From contig DATDQB010000023.1 of assembly GCA_035292445.1 (NCBI GenBank), positions 25,533 through 89,532 of the forward strand: a DNA stretch of 64,000 nt, written 5' to 3'. A program made the translations under genes and the position numbers. Of this stretch, positions 36,614 to 46,013 are shown piece by piece (the first letter of the stretch is position 1; the number at the start of each line of letters is the position of its first letter). Under the pieces are notes generated by a model. That model was not told the DNA's origin. It was given only the letters and a program-made list of their open reading frames with translations, and made no database searches. The DNA is from Candidatus Omnitrophota bacterium (lineage in GTDB: Bacteria; Omnitrophota; Gorgyraeia; Zapsychrales; Zapsychraceae).

Positions 36614-38233
36614 ATGCGCATCGCGTTAGCACAGATTAATACAACCGTTGGGGATCTGGCCGGTAACCAAGCAAAGATCGCCGGGTATATTCAAAGGGCG
36701 AAGGACCGCCAGGCCGATATCGTTGTTTTTCCGGAATTGGCCGTTACCGGCTATCCACCGGAAGACCTGCTGTTGAAGGGGCATTTTGTAAAAGAAAACA
36801 TCAAAACGCTTCGTCAATTGGCCAAGGCCGCCTCCGGGATAACGGTCATCGTCGGCTTTGTCGATCGGGATGCGAAGAAAAATTTATATAATGCCGCCGC
36901 CATCCTTGAAAATAAATCCGTCAAAGGCGCTTATTATAAACAAAAACTTCCCAACTATGGCGTGTTTGATGAGAAGCGGTATTTTCAGCCCGGAGGAACT
37001 GATAAAACATTTAAGCTGGGTGGCGTTAAGTATGCCGTAAGTGTTTGCGAAGATCTTTGGGAAGACGTCTGCCAAAAACAGGCCAAGGCGGGAGCGAAGC
37101 TTTTAATTAATATTTCAAGCTCACCTTATGACAGCGGGAAATTAAAGGCGAGGGAAGCGCTTATCAAAGGCCGCGCCAAACAGACCAAAACCCACATTTG
37201 TTATTGCAATTTGGTGGGGGGCCAGGATGAGCTTGTTTTCGACGGAAGCAGCATGATCGTTGACCCTAAAGGGCGTTTATTGGCCATGGCGAAAGAGTTT
37301 GAGGAGGATTTGTTGATAGCGGATTTTGATCTGGGGAAAAACGATCCCAGGAAAAGGGCTCTGGGCGAACACATGTATAAGCCGGCACCGCCGCTCGAGC
37401 GGATTTTGAAGGCGCTGGTATTGGGAACAAAAGACTACGCTTTAAAAAATGGGTTCAAGAAAGCCGTGGTCGGTTTAAGCGGCGGCATTGATTCCGCTTT
37501 GGTAGCCGCCCTTGCGGTTGAGGCGCTGGGGAAAGACAACATCATTGGCATTACCATGCCTTCGCGCTTTAGTTCAACCGGAACAAAGGCGGACGCCAAA
37601 CAATTGGCGCATAATCTGGGCATTGAATTAAAGGAGATCCCGATCGAAGGGATTTTTCAGGCCTATCTGGAAACGCTTAAGGAGCCGTTTAACGGCCTTA
37701 AGCCAAATATTGCCGAAGAAAACGTTCAGGCCCGGATCCGCGGCAATATTTTAATGGCCCTATCCAATAAATTCGGCTGGTTGGTCCTGACAACAGGCAA
37801 TAAGAGCGAAATAGCCGTTGGGTATTGCACGCTTTATGGGGATATGTCGGGCGGGTTTGCGGTTATCAAGGATGTGCCAAAAACAGTTGTTTATCAATTA
37901 TGTCTAATTATTAATCAAAAAAGGGGAAATGTTATCCCCCAATCTGTGATCGACCGTCCGCCAACAGCGGAATTAAGGGAAAACCAGAAAGACCAGGACA
38001 GCCTCCCGCCTTATGATGTTTTGGATGGCATACTAAAGAGCTATGTGGAAGAGCATAGGTCTTTCACGCAAATGGCGAATAGGAAAGACCAGGAAATCGT
38101 TAAAAGCGTTATATCCATGGTGGATAGAAGCGAATATAAGCGCCGCCAGGCCCCACCTGGGATTAAGATCACTCCCAGGGCGTTCGGCAAGGATTGGAGG
38201 CTTCCTATCACCAATAAATACAAGGAGTTCTGA
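36614..38233 (+). CDS. nadE: Glutamine-dependent NAD+ synthetase
   Basis: Nitrilase domain (FPEL, K..LPNYGVFDEKRYF, CEDLW) plus GLSGGIDSA, ENVQARIRG, TTGNKSE. Confidence 0.97.
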   Translation: MRIALAQINTTVGDLAGNQAKIAGYIQRAKDRQADIVVFPELAVTGYPPEDLLLKGHFVKENIKTLRQLAKAASGITVIVGFVDRDAKKNLYNAAAILENKSVKGAYYKQKLPNYGVFDEKRYFQPGGTDKTFKLGGVKYAVSVCEDLWEDVCQKQAKAGAKLLINISSSPYDSGKLKAREALIKGRAKQTKTHICYCNLVGGQDELVFDGSSMIVDPKGRLLAMAKEFEEDLLIADFDLGKNDPRKRALGEHMYKPAPPLERILKALVLGTKDYALKNGFKKAVVGLSGGIDSALVAALAVEALGKDNIIGITMPSRFSSTGTKADAKQLAHNLGIELKEIPIEGIFQAYLETLKEPFNGLKPNIAEENVQARIRGNILMALSNKFGWLVLTTGNKSEIAVGYCTLYGDMSGGFAVIKDVPKTVVYQLCLIINQKRGNVIPQSVIDRPPTAELRENQKDQDSLPPYDVLDGILKSYVEEHRSFTQMANRKDQEIVKSVISMVDRSEYKRRQAPPGIKITPRAFGKDWRLPITNKYKEF

Positions 38234-38334
38234 TTCTTATTAAATTATTAATACTAATACTAAATTATAGTTGAATTATGTTTGAAAGTATGTAAAATTG
38301 GAAAATGGTCTTGAAAGATAGAAGGTAAAGTAGA

Positions 38335-38556
38335 GTGGACTTAGCCGATAAAATAGAGAATTCCTTTATTGCCCTGCAAGATGGGGGTATTTATCGTTAT
38401 ATCATCGAAGATACCGAACGGCTTTTGATCGAAAAAGCTTTGCAAAAAACGCGGGGTAACCAGATCTTGGCGGCGCGGATACTGGGCTTGAACAGAAATA
38501 CGATAAGGACCAAAATAAAAAAGCTAAAGATCGACTTAAGGAAGTTTAAAGAATGA
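38335..38556 (+). CDS. Stand-alone Fis/NtrC-type HTH protein
   Basis: ERLLIEKALQKTRGNQILAARILGLNRNTIRTKIKKL; ATGA overlap with gltB. Confidence 0.88.
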   Translation: MDLADKIENSFIALQDGGIYRYIIEDTERLLIEKALQKTRGNQILAARILGLNRNTIRTKIKKLKIDLRKFKE

Positions 38557-41500
38557 ACCTTAATTATCCAAAACAACAGGGCCTTTACCACCCGCAGTTT
38601 GAGCACGATGCCTGCGGCGTCGGCTTTGTGGCCCATTTAAAGGGCAAAAAGTCGCATGAGATCGTCCGAAACGGCATTACTATTTTGGAGAATTTAAGCC
38701 ATCGGGGCGCCTGCGGCTGTGACCCCGAAACCGGGGATGGGGCAGGCCTTTTGATCCAAATGCCGGACCAATTCTTTAGGAAAGAATGCGCCAAACTCCA
38801 TATTAAATTGCCTCCTTTGGGAGATTACGGCGTGGGGATCGTCTTTTTACCGCCGAAGATAGAAGATCGAAATGTGATCGAAGCCTGGACCGAGCATATC
38901 ATCTATGAAGAAGGGCAAAAACTTTTAGGCTGGCGCGATGTTCCTCATGACCCGACCAAGATCGGAAAAGTAGCGGCCTCCGTTAAGCCGACTTTTAAAC
39001 AGCTCATTATCGGCCGGGGCGATGGCACGGCGCGCGAGGCCTTTGACCGCAAGCTCTATGTGATCCGAAAAAGGCTTTTTAACCAGATCCAGCAATCAGT
39101 CCTTGAGCAAAAGAGCTATTATTATTTCTGCAGCCTTTCCAGCAAAACCATTGTCTACAAAGGCCAATTGATGGCCGAGCAGTTGGACCGCTTTTTCCCC
39201 GATCTGTCAGACCCGGATCTGCAGTCGGCGATCGCGATGGTCCATTCCCGATATAGCACCAATACGTTCCCTTCATGGGCGTTGGCGCATCCGTACCGCA
39301 TGCTTTGCCATAATGGAGAAATCAATACGCTTCGCGGTAACATTAATTGGATGAATGCGCGCGAAAAGCAGTTTATATCACAAGCCTTTGGAGAGGACAT
39401 TAAAAAGACCTTACCGGTGGTGGTCCCTCATGGCAGCGACTCGGCCACATTCGATAACGTTTTTGAGCTTCTGGTGTTAGCGGGCCGCCCTCTGCCGCAC
39501 GCCATCCTGATGATGATCCCCGAGGCATGGGAAGGCCATGAAAGCATGCCGGCGGAGAAAAAAGCTTTTTATGAATATCACGCCTGCCTGATGGAGCCGT
39601 GGGACGGGCCGGCATCGATCGCTTTTAGCGACGGAAGATATATAGGCGCCGTTTTGGACCGCAACGGCTTGCGCCCTTCCCGATACCTTGTCACGAAAGA
39701 TGATCTGGTGGTGATGGCCTCTGAAACCGGCGTCTTGCCGATCCCCGCTGATCGCATCAAGATGAAATGGCGGCTTCAGCCCGGGAAGATGTTTCTCGTT
39801 GATACCGAGGCCGGCCGTATCATTGACGATGAGGAAGTCAAACGCGAATACGCGACAAAAAAACCCTACGCGCAGTGGATCAAAGAGCAAATGATCGACT
39901 TAAGCGAGCTGCCCGAGCCCAAAAATGTTCACGGGTTGGATGAAAAAACTCTTTTGGCCCGCCAGCGTGCTTTTGGGTACACGATCGAAGACATTAAGCT
40001 TCTTTTAGAGCCGATGGCCACTCAAGGGGCGGAAGCGACCGGATCCATGGGGGATGACACGCCCCTGGCCGTCCTTTCCCGTAAGCCGCGGCTTCTTTAC
40101 GATTATTTCAAGCAATTGTTTGCGCAGGTGACCAATCCGCCGGTGGATGCCATCCGCGAGGAGGTCATCATGGCGGAGAACGTCCATCTCGGGCCCGAAG
40201 GCAATTTGTTGGATGAAACGCCGGAGCATGCCCATCGGCTGCGCATTCCGCGGCCCATCATCGCCAACGAAGAGCTGGAAAAAATTGCGCATGTGAAGAA
40301 AGGCGCTTTAAGGGCCAAGAAATTTAAAATGCTTTTTAAGGCTGAAGACGCTCGGGCAGGCCTTGAGAAAGCGCTGGAAGAATTATTCCTCGAGGTGGAT
40401 GCGGCTATCGAAAAGGGGTATTCGGTCATTGTCTTATCCGACCGGGGGGTCAATAAAAAGAATATCCCCATGCCCAGCGCGCTGGCCTGTTCGGGGCTGC
40501 ATCATCATTTGATCCGCCGGGGAACAAGAACAAAGGTGAGCCTTGTGCTTGAAACGGGCGAGGCGCGGGAAATGCATCATTTTGCCGTGCTGATCGGTTA
40601 CGGGGCGAACGCCATCAATCCGTATCTGGCCCTTGAAACCATTGAAAGCGAGATCAGAAAAGGCGATTACAAAAACATTCTGTTCAAAGACGCCAAGAAG
40701 AACTATATAAAATCGACTCGTAAAGGGCTATTCAAAGTTATTTCCAAAATGGGGATCTCGACGATTCATTCCTACTGCGGGGCCCAAATTTTTGAGGCGG
40801 TGGGCTTGGGCCAGGTGCTCATTAATAAATATTTTACAGCCACCCCTTCGCGTATCGGCGGTATCGGGATTGAAGAAGTGGCGGAAGAAATGATCCGCCG
40901 GCACCAGGACGCGTATCCGCAAGAAAATAGGTATGATAACATGCTCGATCAAGGTGGGTTCTACGCGTGGCGCCGCGACGGGGAGCACCATCAGCTCAAC
41001 CCGCAGACGATCGGTATGCTGCAGCATGCGGTGCGAAGCAATAACTATGAGCTATATAAGCAATTCGCCAAGTTGGTCAACAACCAACAAACGAACCTTG
41101 CCACCATTCGCGGGCTTTTGAAATTCAAGCAAGGCAATCCCATTCCTATCGAAGAGGTCGAGCCGGCAACTGAAATCGTCAAGCGTTTTGCAACGGGCGC
41201 GATGAGTTACGGCTCAATTTCCAAAGAAACACACGAAACGCTCGCCATTGCGATGAACCGGATGGGAGGTTTTTCCAATACCGGCGAGGGTGGCGAGGAT
41301 CCGGAGCGGTTCAAGAAAGACCCTAACGGCGATTGGCGGCGAAGCCGCATTAAACAAGTGGCCGCGGGCCGTTTTGGGGTAACGATTGAATATCTTGTTA
41401 ATGCCGATCAAATGCAAATAAAAATGGCGCAGGGGGCCAAGCCGGGCGAGGGCGGCCAACTTCCGGGCTATAAGGTCAGCAAAGAAATTGCCAAAACGCG

Positions 41501-43094
41501 CTATACAACTCCAGGCGTGGGTTTGATTTCTCCTCCGCCGCATCATGACATTTATTCCATCGAAGATTTGGCCCAATTGATCCATGATCTGAAAAACGCG
41601 AATCCCCGAGGGGACGTGAGCGTTAAACTGGTGGCGGAAATCGGCGTGGGGACCATTGCCGCCGGCGTTTCCAAAGGAAAATCCGATCATGTTTTGATCA
41701 GCGGTTATGAGGGCGGAACGGGTGCTTCTCCGCAAACCTCCATCAAGCATGCGGGCCTTCCCATGGAATTAGGCATCGCGGAAACACAGCAAGTGCTGGT
41801 GATGAATGATTTACGCGGGCGCATCCGCGTGCAAACCGACGGCCAATTAAAAACTGGCCGCGACGTGGCGATCGCCGCCATGTTGGGCGCGGATGAGTTT
41901 GGTTTCTCAACGGTCGCGTTGGTGACGCTGGGCTGCATCCTGCTTCGTAAATGCCATTTGAATACCTGCTCGGTCGGGATCGCTACCCAAGACCCGGAAT
42001 TACGCAAAAGATTCGACGGAAAACCGGAGTATGTTGTCAATTTATTTACCTTTGTCGCCGAAGAGGTCCGTGAAATCATGGCCCAATTGGGTTTTAGAAA
42101 ATTTGAGGATATGGTCGGCCGCGTGGATATGCTCGAAACGGCTGTTTTGATCGATCATTGGAAAGCCAAGGGATTGGATCTAACCAGCGTTTTACACAAG
42201 CCCGATGTGCCTGATTATGTAGCTATTCATCATGTGGGTAAACAAGACCACGGCCTTGAAAAGGCGTTGGATAATAAGCTCATCGAAGCCTGTAAGGCCG
42301 CTATTGAAAATAAATCGTATACCAAGTTCGATTGCGAGATAAAAAACACCAACCGCACCGTCGGCACGATGTTAAGCAGTGAAATCGCCCGGCGTTACGG
42401 GCTGGCCGGGCTGCCGGATAACACGATCGATATCAGGTTCCATGGTTCCGCAGGACAAAGCTTTGGCGCTTTTCTTGCCAAGGGTGTTACCTTTACGCTG
42501 GAAGGCGATGCGAACGATTATGTCGGTAAAGGTTTATCCGGCGGGAAACTTATCATTTATCCGCCGAAGACGGCCCCTTTTGTTCCCGAAGAAAATATTT
42601 TAATCGGCAATGTCGTGTTGTATGGCGCGATCATGGGGGAAACGTATTTCCGTGGCATCGCGGGCGAGAGGTTTTGCGTGCGTAATAGCGGCGCTTGTGC
42701 GGTCATCGAAGGATTGGGAGACCACGGTTGTGAGTATATGACCGGCGGGCGCGTGGTGGTCCTGGGGCCCGTGGGGCGCAATTTCGCCGCCGGCATGAGC
42801 GGCGGGATCGCTTATGTTTGGGACAGGCAAGGCGATTTCAAAGGCAAATGCAACATGGAAATGGTGGAGCTTTATCCGCTTGAGCGGGAAGATGATATCC
42901 AAGAGCTCCACCGGCTCGTTGAAAACCATTTACGGTATACCGGCAGTACGCAGGCCAAGAAAGTTTTGGATAACTGGAAGATGGTTTTCCCTCAATTCAT
43001 TAAGGTCTATCCGACCGATTATCGTCGGGTGATCGAAGAGGCCAACAAGATCCAAAAAGAAGCGCAACTCGAAAGCGCTCCTTCCAAAAAGTGA
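38553..43094 (+). CDS. gltB: Glutamate synthase large subunit
   Basis: EHDACGVGF, HRGA, HSRYSTNT, EPWDGPA, MSYGSIS, QGAKPGEGGQLPG, 3Fe-4S Cys motif, GXGXG domain. Confidence 0.99.
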   Translation: MNLNYPKQQGLYHPQFEHDACGVGFVAHLKGKKSHEIVRNGITILENLSHRGACGCDPETGDGAGLLIQMPDQFFRKECAKLHIKLPPLGDYGVGIVFLPPKIEDRNVIEAWTEHIIYEEGQKLLGWRDVPHDPTKIGKVAASVKPTFKQLIIGRGDGTAREAFDRKLYVIRKRLFNQIQQSVLEQKSYYYFCSLSSKTIVYKGQLMAEQLDRFFPDLSDPDLQSAIAMVHSRYSTNTFPSWALAHPYRMLCHNGEINTLRGNINWMNAREKQFISQAFGEDIKKTLPVVVPHGSDSATFDNVFELLVLAGRPLPHAILMMIPEAWEGHESMPAEKKAFYEYHACLMEPWDGPASIAFSDGRYIGAVLDRNGLRPSRYLVTKDDLVVMASETGVLPIPADRIKMKWRLQPGKMFLVDTEAGRIIDDEEVKREYATKKPYAQWIKEQMIDLSELPEPKNVHGLDEKTLLARQRAFGYTIEDIKLLLEPMATQGAEATGSMGDDTPLAVLSRKPRLLYDYFKQLFAQVTNPPVDAIREEVIMAENVHLGPEGNLLDETPEHAHRLRIPRPIIANEELEKIAHVKKGALRAKKFKMLFKAEDARAGLEKALEELFLEVDAAIEKGYSVIVLSDRGVNKKNIPMPSALACSGLHHHLIRRGTRTKVSLVLETGEAREMHHFAVLIGYGANAINPYLALETIESEIRKGDYKNILFKDAKKNYIKSTRKGLFKVISKMGISTIHSYCGAQIFEAVGLGQVLINKYFTATPSRIGGIGIEEVAEEMIRRHQDAYPQENRYDNMLDQGGFYAWRRDGEHHQLNPQTIGMLQHAVRSNNYELYKQFAKLVNNQQTNLATIRGLLKFKQGNPIPIEEVEPATEIVKRFATGAMSYGSISKETHETLAIAMNRMGGFSNTGEGGEDPERFKKDPNGDWRRSRIKQVAAGRFGVTIEYLVNADQMQIKMAQGAKPGEGGQLPGYKVSKEIAKTRYTTPGVGLISPPPHHDIYSIEDLAQLIHDLKNANPRGDVSVKLVAEIGVGTIAAGVSKGKSDHVLISGYEGGTGASPQTSIKHAGLPMELGIAETQQVLVMNDLRGRIRVQTDGQLKTGRDVAIAAMLGADEFGFSTVALVTLGCILLRKCHLNTCSVGIATQDPELRKRFDGKPEYVVNLFTFVAEEVREIMAQLGFRKFEDMVGRVDMLETAVLIDHWKAKGLDLTSVLHKPDVPDYVAIHHVGKQDHGLEKALDNKLIEACKAAIENKSYTKFDCEIKNTNRTVGTMLSSEIARRYGLAGLPDNTIDIRFHGSAGQSFGAFLAKGVTFTLEGDANDYVGKGLSGGKLIIYPPKTAPFVPEENILIGNVVLYGAIMGETYFRGIAGERFCVRNSGACAVIEGLGDHGCEYMTGGRVVVLGPVGRNFAAGMSGGIAYVWDRQGDFKGKCNMEMVELYPLEREDDIQELHRLVENHLRYTGSTQAKKVLDNWKMVFPQFIKVYPTDYRRVIEEANKIQKEAQLESAPSKK

Positions 43095-43121
43095 GCTTCG
43101 GTAAGATAATTTAAAGAAAAT

Positions 43122-44558
43122 ATGGGTGATATAACCGGTTTCATGAAATATAAAAGGCAGGATTTTGACAAAGAGCCTGCCAAAGAGCGTATTAAACACT
43201 GGCAAGAGTTTTATAAACAAATGCCCGATGAGGAATTGCGTAAACAGGGCGCGCGCTGCATGGATTGCGGCGTGCCTTTTTGCCAATCGGGCTGTCCCAT
43301 CGGCAACATCATTCCGGACTGGAACGATCTGGTTTACAGGGAGAACTGGAAAGAGGCCATCGAGCGGCTTCACAAAACCAATAATTTTCCCGAATTCACC
43401 GGCCGCATTTGTCCGGCCCCATGCGAAAACGCCTGCGTATTGGCGATCAATGAGCCAGCGGTCACGATCAAAAATATCGAGGTGTCCATTATCGAGCGGG
43501 CTTACAAGGAAGGGTGGATCAAGCCCACGCCACCCAAACACCGTACGGGCAAAACGGTCGCCGTTATCGGGTCCGGGCCGGCGGGCTTGGCCTGTGCCGA
43601 TCAATTGAACAAAGAAGGCCACACGGTCACGGTTTATGAAAAAAATGAGGTCTTGGGCGGCCTTTTGACGCTGGGTATCCCAGAATTTAAAATGGAAAAA
43701 TGGGTAGTGGAGCGTCGTCTTAAACGGATGGAAAAAGAAGGCGTGAAATTCAAGACCAAGGCCCATGTCGGCGTCGATGTGTCGGCCAAAGAATTGGTCC
43801 AAAGTCACGATGCTGTTGTTCTAGCCGGCGGGGCCGAGCAGCCGCGTGATCTAAATGTCGAAGGCCGTGATCTACAGGGCGTTTATTATGCGATGGAATA
43901 TTTAACGCAGCAGAACCGCATTTGTTTGGGCCAAAAGATCAATCTTAAGGACCGGATCTCCGCCGAGGGCAAACGGGTGATCGTTCTAGGCGGCGGCGAT
44001 ACGGGCAGCGATTGTATCGGGACGGCGAATCGCCAGGGGGCCAGTGTCGTTAAAAATTTCGAACTCCTGCCGCGGCCGCCCAAAGAACGCAGCCTCAATA
44101 ACCCTTGGCCGCAATGGGCCTTTATTGAGCGCTCCTCCACATCGCATGATGAAGGGGTGGTCCGTGATTACGCGATCATGACCAAACGATTAAGCGGGGA
44201 AAACGGTAAATTAAAGAAGCTTCACGGGATCCGCCTGAAATTCGGGGCGAAAGACCCGAAAACAGGGCGCCAGCAGATGGAGGAGGTTGCAGGGTCGGAA
44301 TTCGAGGAAGAGGTAGACTTGCTCCTTTTAGCGATGGGTTTCTTGGGCCCTGTAAAACGTGGCATGTTGGAGGAATTGGGTGTAGAATTAGACGAACGCA
44401 GCAACGTAAAAACGAATGAAAATAAAATGACAAGCATTCCCGGCGTTTTTGCCGCTGGCGACATGAGGCGGGGGCAATCCCTGGTTGTTTGGGCCATTCA
44501 TGAAGGCCGGGAGGCGGCCAAGGGCGTGCAAAATTATCTTACGGCACAAAGAGTTTAA
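43122..44558 (+). CDS. gltD: Glutamate synthase small subunit
   Basis: RCMDCGVPFC..GCP, GRICPAPCE..C, GSGPAGLA, GGGDTGSDC, AAGDMRRGQSLVVWAI. Confidence 0.98.
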   Translation: MGDITGFMKYKRQDFDKEPAKERIKHWQEFYKQMPDEELRKQGARCMDCGVPFCQSGCPIGNIIPDWNDLVYRENWKEAIERLHKTNNFPEFTGRICPAPCENACVLAINEPAVTIKNIEVSIIERAYKEGWIKPTPPKHRTGKTVAVIGSGPAGLACADQLNKEGHTVTVYEKNEVLGGLLTLGIPEFKMEKWVVERRLKRMEKEGVKFKTKAHVGVDVSAKELVQSHDAVVLAGGAEQPRDLNVEGRDLQGVYYAMEYLTQQNRICLGQKINLKDRISAEGKRVIVLGGGDTGSDCIGTANRQGASVVKNFELLPRPPKERSLNNPWPQWAFIERSSTSHDEGVVRDYAIMTKRLSGENGKLKKLHGIRLKFGAKDPKTGRQQMEEVAGSEFEEEVDLLLLAMGFLGPVKRGMLEELGVELDERSNVKTNENKMTSIPGVFAAGDMRRGQSLVVWAIHEGREAAKGVQNYLTAQRV

Positions 44559-44575
44559 ATGAAAGGATGTGCATT

Positions 44576-45109
44576 ATGAAATGGAGCAGTTATTTAGTAT
44601 TATTGGCCGTTTTTGTGTTGGCTTGCGGCGAGCCGAGGACGCAAGAGAAACAATCGGCCCTTCAAAGACCCGATGCGCGCGCACAGGCGCAGGCATTTAT
44701 TGAAAAGGGTATGGAAGACCTTCGTAACCAGGACATTGTCGGCGCCATTCAAAGTTTTGATAATGCCATTAAAACCGAACCCCAAAATCCGGAAAATTTT
44801 CTGGTATTAGGCCAAGTGTATTTGCGGCTTAGAAACTATGACAAGGCCGTTGACACGCTTAATGCGGGCACAAGGGTTGACCCTAATAACGGGGAAATTT
44901 ATTACTTTTTAGGCGCGGCGCATGCCATCAGGCAACACACGCCGGGAAATGCGCAAGAGGATTTTGATCGGCAGGAAGCCGTTGGAGCCGCGAAGCGAAG
45001 CGTTGAAATTTTCATTCAGGAAAGAAATGAAGAGAAGCTGAAGCTGGCTTTGGGGTTATTGAAGAGCCTGGAAGAGGGAGAAGCCATCGGAGAAATTTCG
45101 GGACAATAA
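44576..45109 (+). CDS. TPR-repeat lipoprotein
   Basis: Lipobox VLAC; TPR patterns (AIQSFDNAIKTEP, LGQVY...YDKAV...VDP, YYFLG). Confidence 0.8.
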   Translation: MKWSSYLVLLAVFVLACGEPRTQEKQSALQRPDARAQAQAFIEKGMEDLRNQDIVGAIQSFDNAIKTEPQNPENFLVLGQVYLRLRNYDKAVDTLNAGTRVDPNNGEIYYFLGAAHAIRQHTPGNAQEDFDRQEAVGAAKRSVEIFIQERNEEKLKLALGLLKSLEEGEAIGEISGQ

Positions 45110-45147
45110 TTGCCCCGTTTATCAACATCAATTATCCCATTGGACAA

Positions 45148-45996
45148 TTGATAGCCCATCTCACCCTCCTTATTTATTTCGTTTGCCTTTTGACCCTCCC
45201 TACGCCTATGGCGCAAGCCGGGGCTGCCATTGAGCAGCGTCAGCGCGCCATGCAACACCAGCAGCAGGAAGCCATCCGTCGGCAGCAACAACAGATCATC
45301 CAACAGCAACAAGCGGCCTACCAGCAGGCGGTGGTTCAACGACAGATACAGCAACAAACGATGCAACAAGCCCTCCAACAGCGGGCCGTGGCCCAACAGC
45401 GGGCGTACAACCAAGCCGTGCAGGAAAAGGTGCAAGAGGTTTATCAGCAGCGGCAAACCAATATGCAAAGCGTGCAGCAACGCGTGGCGGAACAGCTGCG
45501 GGCGCAGCAACAGGCTTATAACCAAGCCATGCAGCAGGCCGGCGTTCTGATGAGCCAGCAATTCCAGCAAAGCAACCCTTCACAAATTTCCATTCCAGCC
45601 GTACAAGGGGCCGCTTACGGCGATCTATTTTATGAGCCTCCCGTGGCGGAGGTCGTCAATATCACGGATGTCTGGCAACAGATGGAAGCGAACAGCCATG
45701 CCTGGCCGCTGATGATCGATATGGAGCCGAAGATCATAACGGTGCAGCATACAATCGATAAATTGCGGACCGAGGGGATCTCCATTCAAAAACCTCCTAC
45801 CCATTATGTCCAGCTCATTGATTCGATGGCGTTCCAAAACCCGTCGCTTCTTGATCAACCCTTTGAAGACATTTTGAAAGTGGTCGCCATCATTGAATAC
45901 GATTTCAATAACGGGCAGGACAAAGACGCTTTGGCGCGCCAGATCCTTAAGGACGATAAAGCTTTTTGGGATAATAAAAAAAGATTGGGCTTTTGA
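45148..45996 (+). CDS. Secreted glutamine-rich hypothetical protein
   Basis: Signal-peptide-like N-terminus, about 110-aa Q-rich helical region, globular C-terminal domain; start uncertain. Confidence 0.75.
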   Translation: MIAHLTLLIYFVCLLTLPTPMAQAGAAIEQRQRAMQHQQQEAIRRQQQQIIQQQQAAYQQAVVQRQIQQQTMQQALQQRAVAQQRAYNQAVQEKVQEVYQQRQTNMQSVQQRVAEQLRAQQQAYNQAMQQAGVLMSQQFQQSNPSQISIPAVQGAAYGDLFYEPPVAEVVNITDVWQQMEANSHAWPLMIDMEPKIITVQHTIDKLRTEGISIQKPPTHYVQLIDSMAFQNPSLLDQPFEDILKVVAIIEYDFNNGQDKDALARQILKDDKAFWDNKKRLGF

Positions 45997-46013
45997 CCGG
46001 AAGAAAAACTCGT

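Noticed and set aside
38232-38300. AT-rich TAATAC repeats as a fourth heptamer palindrome or ANTAR leader
   Set aside because: No consistent period, no complementary arm, no hexaloop hairpin or terminator; probably a promoter region.
42930-43808. 292-aa minus-strand ORF and other long antisense ORFs over gltB, pyrG and carB
   Set aside because: Shadow frames of conserved plus-strand genes with no recognisable motifs.
45016-45583. Leu-rich antisense ORFs
   Set aside because: Mirror of the CAA/CAG-rich strand of the Q-rich gene.
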